Source: Methanobacteriota archaeon (GTDB taxonomy: Archaea; Thermoplasmatota; Poseidoniia; Poseidoniales; Poseidoniaceae). From it: a DNA stretch of 33,701 nt. A model generated the notes under the pieces. The model was not told the origin of the DNA and made no database searches. It saw nothing but the letters and a program-made list of their open reading frames with translations. The position numbers and the translations under genes were made by a program. Positions 1 through 7,890 of the stretch are shown one piece after another. How positions within the stretch are numbered: the first letter of the stretch is position 1; each line of letters begins with the position of its first letter. The stretch lies in assembly GCA_002707335.2 (NCBI GenBank), contig PAMN02000015.1, positions 1-33,701 on the forward strand. Direction: 5' to 3'.

Positions 1-287
1 CATAATTCTGCTGATTTTGGATGGCATATTATTTTCCATTCTGCTTTTTGGTTACTTAAGTAACCAGATGCTTGCATAACATCTGCATCAATGTTTTCAT
101 CCATTGCAAATTCGCTTGTATCTTTAGTAAGGTTGAGTTTATTTACAGCGCTGACTGCCAAAGTAGTGTAATCACTGTCTGGACCAAATACATGAATGTC
201 TCCATCAATGAAGCGACTTTTTGCAATTATCCCTTTGTCATTGTGTAGGATAAAATATCCTTCGAAAATGGTGGAATTATTAGTCAT
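1..287 (-). CDS. CDS truncated by the left window edge (N-terminal ~95 aa visible); thiolase-fold / HMG-CoA synthase-like candidate
   Basis: Own minus-strand translation from ATG at 287-285 reads MTNNSTIFEGYFILHNDKGIIAKSRFIDGDIHVFGPDSDYTTLAVSAVNKLNLTKD... and stays open to position 1. The ATG overlaps the thiolase stop (ATGACTAA, 8-nt overlap), which suggests translational coupling. 'GPDSDYTTLAVSAVNKL' resembles the N-terminal 'P..DED..T.A..AA..AL' helix of HMG-CoA synthase/KAS-III enzymes. Archaeal thiolase genes normally cluster with HMGCS and a DUF35 protein. The rest of the visible sequence matches HMGCS poorly. Confidence 0.35.
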   Translation of the reverse strand, partial: MTNNSTIFEGYFILHNDKGIIAKSRFIDGDIHVFGPDSDYTTLAVSAVNKLNLTKDTSEFAMDENIDADVMQASGYLSNQKAEWKIICHPKSAEL

Positions 288-1455
288 TAGGAGACCTCCC
301 AAATATGTGTACTGCACAAGTTGCCCCTGAACCTCCAACATTGTGAGTTAATCCTACTTCAGCATCATCCACTTGTCTGCCTTGTTCAACATCCCCTCGT
401 AATTGCTTGAATATCTCTACGACTTGTCCAGTTCCTGTTGCCCCTAATGGATGCCCTTTAGATTTCAAACCTCCACTAGAATTTATTGTAACATCTCCGT
501 TATTCCTCATTCCTCTTTCTTGGGAGGCAAAATTTCCTCCATCTCCCTTATCTGCGAATCCAAGGTCTTCCGTTGCAAGTAATTCGGCAATTGTGAAACA
601 ATCATGAACTTCTGCTAAATCAATATTTTTAGCAGTTAAAGACGAGGATTTGTATGCTACTTCTGCGGCTTTCTTGGTGGCTATTAATTCAGTAATAGAC
701 GGTCTGTCATGAAGGGCAAGATAGTCACTTGCGGCACCCGAACCCTTAACCCACACAGGTGTGTCTGTGAATTTTTTAGCAATATGGTCTGCTGCTAGAA
801 TTACTGTTGATGCACCGTCAGATGTAGGGCAGCAATCATACAGTGTTAATGGGTCTGCAACCATAAAACCGGATTTTGCCTTATCAAAATCAACCTGTTT
901 TCTAAGATGTGCATATTCATTTAGGAATCCGTGTGTATGATTTTTCACCGAGATGTTTACCAAATCATCATGTTTGGATCCATACTCGTGAAAGTGCCTG
1001 CGTGCCATCAATGCATAAGTACCTGGGAACGTAAGGCCTGCCAGCCTTTCCCATTCAGTATCTCCACTCACGCCTAACCAGAACCTTTTCCTCTCAGGAG
1101 ATAGATCATTCATCTTCTCAATACCTCCTGCTACTACAATATCGGCTTGTCCGCTTTTGATAGCCAGCCAAGCATCCCTCATCGCAAAACCAGATGATGC
1201 ACATGCGTTTTCAACACGTCGCACAGGAATATTGTCCATTCCTGAATGTTCTGTCATTAAAGCGGCCGTATTACCTAATTGCCCACCTCCGAAAGCGGTA
1301 GAGCCAATGAAAGCCTCATCGATTATTCGAGGGTCAAAATTTTGGTCGACTGATTCAAATGCATTCAAGGCAGATTCAGCCCACATTCCCTTCAGTCCTT
1401 GCTCATGGTTGCCGTATTTTGTCTGACCAGCACCAATGATTGCAACTTCGACCAT
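280..1455 (-). CDS. Acetyl-CoA C-acetyltransferase (archaeal-type thiolase, first step of the mevalonate pathway)
   Basis: 391-aa ORF with thiolase hallmarks: active-site Cys in 'VENACASSG', 'HDCFTIAELL', 'GHPLGATG', and C-terminal 'NVGGSGATCAVHIF'. Confidence 0.9.
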   Translation of the reverse strand: MVEVAIIGAGQTKYGNHEQGLKGMWAESALNAFESVDQNFDPRIIDEAFIGSTAFGGGQLGNTAALMTEHSGMDNIPVRRVENACASSGFAMRDAWLAIKSGQADIVVAGGIEKMNDLSPERKRFWLGVSGDTEWERLAGLTFPGTYALMARRHFHEYGSKHDDLVNISVKNHTHGFLNEYAHLRKQVDFDKAKSGFMVADPLTLYDCCPTSDGASTVILAADHIAKKFTDTPVWVKGSGAASDYLALHDRPSITELIATKKAAEVAYKSSSLTAKNIDLAEVHDCFTIAELLATEDLGFADKGDGGNFASQERGMRNNGDVTINSSGGLKSKGHPLGATGTGQVVEIFKQLRGDVEQGRQVDDAEVGLTHNVGGSGATCAVHIFGRSPND

Positions 1456-1536
1456 GTTAAGGCCAGTAGTTCACAGTTCAACTAACTCTCGGTGCATAAG
1501 GTTCAACAACATGTCTTATGTCGCAGAGTCGTTACC

Positions 1537-2217
1537 ATGTTGAGACAATGCAGAACACACGGACATTTTAGAGGCTCAAATTGCCCTGAATGCAATGCAG
1601 AAGGGAAATTCATTATGTCTGATAAGGAATCCAACAGTATCGGAAAAATCTTGGCTTTAGTTTTACGACACGCTCCAGAAAAATTCGGTGTTGAAATGGA
1701 TTTGAATGGATGGGTTAACACCCGAGAACTATCAGATGCAATACAAAAGCAGAGACATTACTACCATTGGATAAGAAGTTGGCATTTCCAAGCTATTGCA
1801 GACTCCGATGAGAAAGGACGCTACCAGGTTGAAGGTGAAATGATAAGGGCTACTTATGGCCATTCAATTGAACTAGAACTAGACTTACCTACTGACGATA
1901 TTCCAGATGCTCTTTACTGGCCATGTGAACCAGATATGTCAAGCACACATCTTGAACTAGGTTTATCCGCAGGAGATAGAAATCACGTTCATCTCTCGAA
2001 AACAATCGGGAAAGCAATGGAAGCAGGTCATGTAAGAATCAACAGGCCAGCAATTATTGAGATTGATACAACTAGAGCAGTTGCTGATGGACACACAATT
2101 TGGAGAGCAGGTAAGACAGTCTTCTTGTGCGAAGAAATGCCTCCAGAATACTTGTACCTCGTTGAAGAGGATGACCCTGCTATTCAAGATATAATTGCAC
2201 AGTGGGAAGAAGAATAA
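1537..2217 (+). CDS. kptA: RNA 2'-phosphotransferase (Tpt1/KptA family) with an N-terminal zinc-knuckle extension
   Basis: The track ORF starts at GTG 1492; the first ATG is at 1537 (MLRQCRTHGHF...). Tpt1 motifs are 'LALVLRHAPEKFG', 'IRATYGHS' and 'HVHLS'. The N-terminus carries C-x2-H...C-x2-C ('CRTHGHFRGSNCPEC'). Confidence 0.85.
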   Translation: MLRQCRTHGHFRGSNCPECNAEGKFIMSDKESNSIGKILALVLRHAPEKFGVEMDLNGWVNTRELSDAIQKQRHYYHWIRSWHFQAIADSDEKGRYQVEGEMIRATYGHSIELELDLPTDDIPDALYWPCEPDMSSTHLELGLSAGDRNHVHLSKTIGKAMEAGHVRINRPAIIEIDTTRAVADGHTIWRAGKTVFLCEEMPPEYLYLVEEDDPAIQDIIAQWEEE

Positions 2218-2553
2218 TCAATTTTGATAATCCCCGCAATTTGGACAGAAATCCAAATCAGCTTCCATAGGCATATTGCACCTCGGACAGAAACCATTTG
2301 TAGCAATCTCATTTTGCTTTAATTCTGTTGAGTTAATATCATTCATTGCAAGCGCTTTTACAATTTTTAGTGGATCTTCACCCAATTTTGATAAATCAAC
2401 AAACCTTCTTTTGAAATCAATTGCATGCATCAGAGCAGATTCGATTTGCCATTGTCTCTTTTCTCTTTCATTTTTGTCAACTATTGTTTCGCATGAATCT
2501 AATTCTGCCTGCATGTGACGGATAAACTGGTCGACTGATGGAGAGTCTGACAT
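2218..2553 (-). CDS. Hypothetical small protein with a C-terminal zinc ribbon
   Basis: 111-aa ORF with a helical N-terminal part and C-terminal 'CPRCNMPMEADLDFCPNCG' (CxxC-x12-CxxC). Its stop codon directly abuts the kptA stop. No family recognised. Confidence 0.5.
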   Translation of the reverse strand: MSDSPSVDQFIRHMQAELDSCETIVDKNEREKRQWQIESALMHAIDFKRRFVDLSKLGEDPLKIVKALAMNDINSTELKQNEIATNGFCPRCNMPMEADLDFCPNCGDYQN

Positions 2554-2620
2554 GGTTTGGGGTCTAATTCATAGGTTGTAAATCCAATGCAAAGATTAGT
2601 TAGTAGTACTTCGGAATACC

Positions 2621-3394
2621 ATGGGCGGGAAAGTCGTTATCAAATTTGGTGGCGGTTTAATTACTGATAAGGAAAATATGTGTACCCCTAATATGCATAT
2701 CATAGATTCTTTAGTTGATATCTTATCGAAAGTTGAAAAACAAATAATTCTAGTGCATGGCGCAGGGTCATTTGGTCACATGAAAGCCAAAAAAGCAAGA
2801 TTGGCTGAAGGAAGATTGCCTGGATTAAATCAGGATATTTCAGTACATGAAGTACGAGAAGACATGCTTTTGTTAAACAAACATGTTACAGATTCAATAC
2901 AAAGATACGAGTTAGATTATTCAACATATCCTCCAAGAGATTGGGCTGCTGGAGACGGACCAAATTTCAAGGGAAATCTACCACTTTCAGACGGAATTAC
3001 AGTTGTCTTTGGTGATGTTGTCGACGATTATGAAAAAGAATTTGCAATATTATCTGGTGACGATTTGATGTATCGATATGCAACGGAAATCCCTGATGTA
3101 GATTGTGTCATATTTGCAATGGGTGGAGTTGATGGTTTACTAAAAGTTCCGCCATCCGAAGCAACAGTGAATGATTTATTCAAAACTTGGAGTCCAGATA
3201 TGAATTTTAAAGGAGAGCACGCCACAGAGTTTGATGTAACCGGTGGTATCGGTCTAAAAGTAACAAGAGCCTCAATGATTGCTGAAAAGGGCATAGATGT
3301 CTGGCTGGTCAATGGCATGCATCCTGAAAGGATATTGGAACTTGTTGAAGGAAAAACGACAATTGGAACTAAGATAGTATCGGGGAACTGTTGA
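2621..3394 (+). CDS. ipk: Isopentenyl phosphate kinase (amino-acid-kinase fold)
   Basis: 'VVIKFGGGLITDK' and 'ILVHGAGSFGH' are the N-terminal glycine-rich/His motifs typical of IPK. Length is 257 aa, and an IDI-GGPPS gene lies immediately downstream. Confidence 0.85.
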   Translation: MGGKVVIKFGGGLITDKENMCTPNMHIIDSLVDILSKVEKQIILVHGAGSFGHMKAKKARLAEGRLPGLNQDISVHEVREDMLLLNKHVTDSIQRYELDYSTYPPRDWAAGDGPNFKGNLPLSDGITVVFGDVVDDYEKEFAILSGDDLMYRYATEIPDVDCVIFAMGGVDGLLKVPPSEATVNDLFKTWSPDMNFKGEHATEFDVTGGIGLKVTRASMIAEKGIDVWLVNGMHPERILELVEGKTTIGTKIVSGNC

Positions 3395-3430
3395 TTTAGT
3401 TGACGCGAGACCGTATCAACAGTGAGGAAC

Positions 3431-5161
3431 ATGAAAGGATACACAATTCACGATGTTCCGACAATTCATGTTGATGAGGATTCAAAAAGTAGTTTGGAAG
3501 GAACTGATTCAACTCAGGAATTATTGATGTCAGAAGCAGTAATTGAGGTAACTGAATCAGATGGGATAATTGGTCCAATTTCTAAATTCGAAAGCCACAA
3601 CGGTGTTGGTAAATATCACAGAGCATTTAGTGTATTATTATTTGACTCAAGCGGCAGGTTATTACTTCAGAAAAGAGCTAGTCACAAAATAACGTTTCCA
3701 AATGTATGGGCCAATAGCTGCTGTTCTCATCCACTTTTCAGCGATTCAGAAAAAGATGAAACTAATAATATTGGAGTAAAAAATGCTGCTGTTAGAAAAT
3801 TAGAACAAGAACTAGGAATCAGTCCAGAAGAAGTTTCTATCGACAAATTCGAATTTGTAACTAAAATGAAGTATCAGGCTAGGCAAGACCAAGATTGGAT
3901 TGAAAGAGAAATCGACCATTGTCTTGTCATTCACACTGATGTAAATTTGAACCCAAACCCCAACGAAGTTAGCGATGTAAAATGGGTCAGCCAGGCCGAA
4001 TTAGAAGAAATGCTAATCGCTAACGATCCTGAAAATGTGATTGCCCCCTGGTTTAGGTGTATCGCTGCTCGTTTGATGACAGATGATTGGTGGATGCCAG
4101 GGTGTGTTACTCCAGATGATTTGATTCACGACATGGGTGACGTTTCTCACATGCTTCCGAATGCTATAGGAGCAGATTTAACAACAAGTATAGCAGAAGT
4201 CAAAGATTTGGTTGAAAATAGAATCGAAAGAGCATTGACTCATACTAACTTAGAACGCCTGTCTGGAGCAATGATGCACTTAGTAGAAGGCGGTGGAAAG
4301 CGACTTCGAGCAACTTTACCTTGGTTAGTTGCCAAAGCCGTTGGTGACACGCATTCTGGATTACTTGATGTAGGAGCGGCGATTGAAATAATTCACAACT
4401 TCACTCTGGTTCATGACGACATTATGGATGATGATGATATTCGTAGAGGGAGAGCATCCGTCCACGTCGAGTATGATTTGCCTACAGCAATAAATGCTGG
4501 AGATGCGATGCTTGCAATCGCATTTGAAGCAATGGCTGTTGCTGAAGGAATAGAGCCAGAATTGCTACCTTTCTTGGTAAAAAGGATAGGTCGCATGGTT
4601 AGAAAATGTAGTGAAGGTCAGCAATTAGATATCGAATTTGAATCCAGAGAATCAGTTTCCGAAGAAGAATACATTGAGATGATTCATGGTAAAACTGCAG
4701 CTATGTTCCTGACTTGTGCAGAAGTAGGCGCTCATCTCGCTGGTGCAGATGAAGATACAATTCACTGTATGCATGATTGGGGTCTTGCGCTAGGGCTATG
4801 TTTCCAATTGATGGATGATCTGATAGATGTTCTTTCCGACTCAGATACTCTTGGTAAGCCCAGTGGAAGTGATGTCGCTCAAGGCAAAAGAACACTAATG
4901 GTAATCCACGCATTACAGCAACCACCATCACAATACAAGGACGATTTGTTATCTGTTCTTGGAAAAGGCGATTCGGTGACTTCTGACCAAGTAGCACTTG
5001 CTCACAGGGCACTGGACAATTTAGGTTCAATAGAATATGCAAGGAACAAAGCTGAAATGTATCATAGAAAGGCTCACGATTGTTTAGATAGATTGCCAAA
5101 ATCACCGGCAATAAAAGCATTAAAAGAACTTACAGATTATCAACTGCAGAGGATATTTTGA
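3431..5161 (+). CDS. Fusion protein: type-1 isopentenyl-diphosphate delta-isomerase (Nudix fold, N-terminal) + geranylgeranyl diphosphate synthase (trans-prenyltransferase, C-terminal)
   Basis: The track ORF begins at GTG 3422; ATG 3431 is preceded by GTGAGGA. The IDI1 core is 'HRAFSVLLFDSSGRLLLQKRASHKITFPNVWANSCCSHP' plus 'EREIDHCLV'. The prenyl synthase FARM is 'FTLVHDDIMDDDDIRRGR' (DDIMD at nt 4415-4429) and the SARM is 'FQLMDDLIDV'. Phe at position -5 from the FARM suggests a short-chain (C20) product. It is one uninterrupted frame. Confidence 0.85.
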   Translation: MKGYTIHDVPTIHVDEDSKSSLEGTDSTQELLMSEAVIEVTESDGIIGPISKFESHNGVGKYHRAFSVLLFDSSGRLLLQKRASHKITFPNVWANSCCSHPLFSDSEKDETNNIGVKNAAVRKLEQELGISPEEVSIDKFEFVTKMKYQARQDQDWIEREIDHCLVIHTDVNLNPNPNEVSDVKWVSQAELEEMLIANDPENVIAPWFRCIAARLMTDDWWMPGCVTPDDLIHDMGDVSHMLPNAIGADLTTSIAEVKDLVENRIERALTHTNLERLSGAMMHLVEGGGKRLRATLPWLVAKAVGDTHSGLLDVGAAIEIIHNFTLVHDDIMDDDDIRRGRASVHVEYDLPTAINAGDAMLAIAFEAMAVAEGIEPELLPFLVKRIGRMVRKCSEGQQLDIEFESRESVSEEEYIEMIHGKTAAMFLTCAEVGAHLAGADEDTIHCMHDWGLALGLCFQLMDDLIDVLSDSDTLGKPSGSDVAQGKRTLMVIHALQQPPSQYKDDLLSVLGKGDSVTSDQVALAHRALDNLGSIEYARNKAEMYHRKAHDCLDRLPKSPAIKALKELTDYQLQRIF

Positions 5162-5585
5162 TATCTCCCCCGTTCAAAACCCTGCAGTACCATCTGGTAT
5201 CTCCCGGATTCAACTTATCTGAAAAACGATTAAAATTTCCATCAATAAATGAGTCAGCAATTTTGTAACATGGTGATGCAGCAGAAACTATTTCCAATTC
5301 AACATCGCCTACTGATATCTTTTCTCCAATAGACAAGTTGCATCCAGAGATTAGTAAATTCTCACCTGTTGAACCCGGCGAGATAGGATGTCCTTCTTCT
5401 TGCAATTTTAACAAAATATCTAGATCCAATATGCAAATTGCTCTTTCAGGTCCTCCGTGATATTTCGGATTTTGTTGTTTATCTGCAACAATTCCAAGAT
5501 TATCGATACTACACTCTGTGATTGGTAGTTTTGGAACCCCGCCTTGGGAAACAAAAATCCCGTGCAGGTGGCCCAATAAATTCAC
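5130..5585 (-). CDS. MOSC domain protein (YiiM-like)
   Basis: Contains 'GGPERAICILD', 'PGSTGENLLISG' and the conserved Cys in 'ASPCYKI'. A GTG start lies 3 nt after the EF-2 stop. The 3' end overlaps the convergent IDI-GGPPS gene by 32 nt. Confidence 0.8.
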   Translation of the reverse strand: MNLLGHLHGIFVSQGGVPKLPITECSIDNLGIVADKQQNPKYHGGPERAICILDLDILLKLQEEGHPISPGSTGENLLISGCNLSIGEKISVGDVELEIVSAASPCYKIADSFIDGNFNRFSDKLNPGDTRWYCRVLNGGDIKISSAVDNL

Positions 5586-5588
5586 CCA

Positions 5589-7796
5589 TCAGTCAGAGTA
5601 GTATGATTCAGGATTTGGATCTGGCTTCAGACCTTTTCTTGTTCTGATTTCACCAACAACCTTGTCAAACAATTGAGGTGGCAGCATTTCGAATCCGGTG
5701 TTTTCTGAATTCCATACTGCTCTACCTTGGGATGCAGCTCTGATGTCATTAGAGAAACCAAATGTTTCAGCAACCGGTAATGTTCCAATTACAGTGGTTA
5801 CTTCACCTTCTGAAGGCATGTCTTCTATGATTCCTCTTCTGTTGGTAATTTCTCTTGTTACTTGCCCTAGCCAATCATTAGGAACTGAAACATGAGATCT
5901 TTGCATTGGCTCCATCAAAACGGTTCTTGCTCTCATCATTGCTCCCTTGATGCCATTTCTTACTGCAGGAATTGTTTGTGCAGGACCTCTGTGAATTGCA
6001 TCTTCGTGCAATTTTGCATCGACTAATCTCACCATCATTCCCATAACTGGTTCATCAGCGATTGGACCTTTCTTACAAACTTCATTGAACGCTTCGATGA
6101 TTAATTCTCTGGTTTCGTGAAGGTTTTGAATACCCTTTGTGTCGTTAACCAGAACATTTGTTCCGTTGATTGCGTAGATCTTTCTCATTTGATCTTTGTC
6201 CATTCCGAATTCTCCGAATTTGTTTCCAATTTCTTTCGCATCTCCAGACCTTACAGGCCCATCTCCGAAATGTCCTTCTCTCAATGCTGCGACTACTTCA
6301 TCAGAAAGTGGCTCACATTCAATCATGAATCTGTTGTGGCGATTTGGTGATTTACCCTCGAATGACCTTCCATGATTGTTTCCTTCCACAGATTCTCTGT
6401 ATACAACAATTGGTGGGCTAACTTTAACCTTGATGTTTTGCTCCTCTTCCAGTCTGTATACTGTGATTTCTAAATGCAATTCTCCCATTCCAGCTAGTAG
6501 AGCTTCACCAGTTTCTTGGTTTGTCATTACTTGCAGTGAAGCATCAGATTTTGCCAATGCTCTGAGTGCATCAATGAACTTTGGTAAGTCTTTCATGCTT
6601 TTAGGCTCGACAGCAACTGTAACTACCGGGTCTGAATAATGTCTAATTGCTTCGAAAGGAGTGAAATCTTTGTCTCTTGATAGTGTAACACCAGCCGCTG
6701 CAGAACGAATTCCAGTGATTGCAGCAATGTTTCCTGCTACGACCTTTGGCACAGTTATTCTATCTCCTCCAACCATCATACTTACTTGTTGTACTCTTTC
6801 TGGTTTCGCTGCACCGATAGCGAATACGGATTCACCTTGGTTTATTGCACCTGAGTACAATCTTCCTACTGCAACTTCTCCTGCGTGAGGATCCATCCAA
6901 ATTTTTGTAATCATCATTGCTAATTCTGCATCTGGGTCACAGCTTACCATAGCCTTACCGATTGTTGTATCTAGGTCACCATTCCAAATGTTAGGAATTC
7001 TGTAAGGTTGAGCCTCAACTGGGCCTGGTAGTTTTGTAACCGCCATGTCCAGTAATACTTCGTGAACTGGTGCTTTTCGAGATAATTCTTTTTGTTGCTC
7101 ATTGTTACAGTATTCAAAAATATCCTTGAAATTGATTCCTGTTTTCTGCATGAAAGGAACAGTAATCCCCCAGTTGTGATATGCAGAGCCGAAAGCAACG
7201 GTTCCAGTACCGACGTCAACTTGCCAAGATTTCTTGAATTCTTCAGGTGCGAATTGCCTAATCAATTTGTTAACTTTTGTTATTGTTTCTTGGAATCTAG
7301 CCATCATGTCTTCTGGAGTAACCTGAAGTTCGTTGATCAATCTGTCAACTTTGTTGATGAAAAGAACAGGCTTAACTTTCTCCTTCAATGCTTGCCTGAC
7401 AACAGTCTCAGTCTGAGGCATTGGGCCCTCAACTGCACAAGCTAGAATGAAACATCCGTCAACTGCACGCATAGCACGTGTAACGTCTCCACCAAAGTCA
7501 ACGTGACCTGGTGTGTCTATTAGATTGATTAGATAGTCAGTTCCTTCAACGGAGTGAACCATAGACGCAGATGCAGCGTTAATTGTGATTCCACGAGCGC
7601 TTTCTTGTTCATCGAAGTCTAAAACACGGCTCTTTCCAGCTAGATCTTCGCTCATCATTCCTGCCCCGGCAATCAAGTTGTCGGACAGTGTAGTCTTTCC
7701 GTGATCGATGTGCGCAGCAATACACAAATTTCTGATTTGAGGTAAGATGTGCATAACTTCTGTTGCTTTTTTGATATTGTCTTCCTTACGGCCCAT
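5589..7796 (-). CDS. fusA: Translation elongation factor 2 (aEF-2)
   Basis: GTPase motifs 'AHIDHGKTTLSD', 'DTPGHVDF' and 'NKVDR', plus the diphthamide loop 'HEDAIHRGPAQ'. The likely start is ATG 7796 (MGRKEDNIKK...) rather than the upstream track start at 7844. Confidence 0.97.
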   Translation of the reverse strand: MGRKEDNIKKATEVMHILPQIRNLCIAAHIDHGKTTLSDNLIAGAGMMSEDLAGKSRVLDFDEQESARGITINAASASMVHSVEGTDYLINLIDTPGHVDFGGDVTRAMRAVDGCFILACAVEGPMPQTETVVRQALKEKVKPVLFINKVDRLINELQVTPEDMMARFQETITKVNKLIRQFAPEEFKKSWQVDVGTGTVAFGSAYHNWGITVPFMQKTGINFKDIFEYCNNEQQKELSRKAPVHEVLLDMAVTKLPGPVEAQPYRIPNIWNGDLDTTIGKAMVSCDPDAELAMMITKIWMDPHAGEVAVGRLYSGAINQGESVFAIGAAKPERVQQVSMMVGGDRITVPKVVAGNIAAITGIRSAAAGVTLSRDKDFTPFEAIRHYSDPVVTVAVEPKSMKDLPKFIDALRALAKSDASLQVMTNQETGEALLAGMGELHLEITVYRLEEEQNIKVKVSPPIVVYRESVEGNNHGRSFEGKSPNRHNRFMIECEPLSDEVVAALREGHFGDGPVRSGDAKEIGNKFGEFGMDKDQMRKIYAINGTNVLVNDTKGIQNLHETRELIIEAFNEVCKKGPIADEPVMGMMVRLVDAKLHEDAIHRGPAQTIPAVRNGIKGAMMRARTVLMEPMQRSHVSVPNDWLGQVTREITNRRGIIEDMPSEGEVTTVIGTLPVAETFGFSNDIRAASQGRAVWNSENTGFEMLPPQLFDKVVGEIRTRKGLKPDPNPESYYSD

Positions 7797-7890
7797 AGTA
7801 TCACGACTCAGGTATGACTTGGCCACAGACAAGGGGTTTATCAAATCGACTACAATTTAGTAAATCAAATCGAATACAGTGTGCTGATTA

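Noticed and set aside
7840-7873. 10-bp direct repeat ATCAAATCGA (7840-7849 and 7864-7873) in the desaturase/EF-2 spacer
   Set aside because: A single 10-mer repeated within ~30 nt is roughly what chance predicts once in a 34-kb AT-biased window. It has no third copy and no dyad symmetry, so it is noted only as a possible promoter-proximal element.
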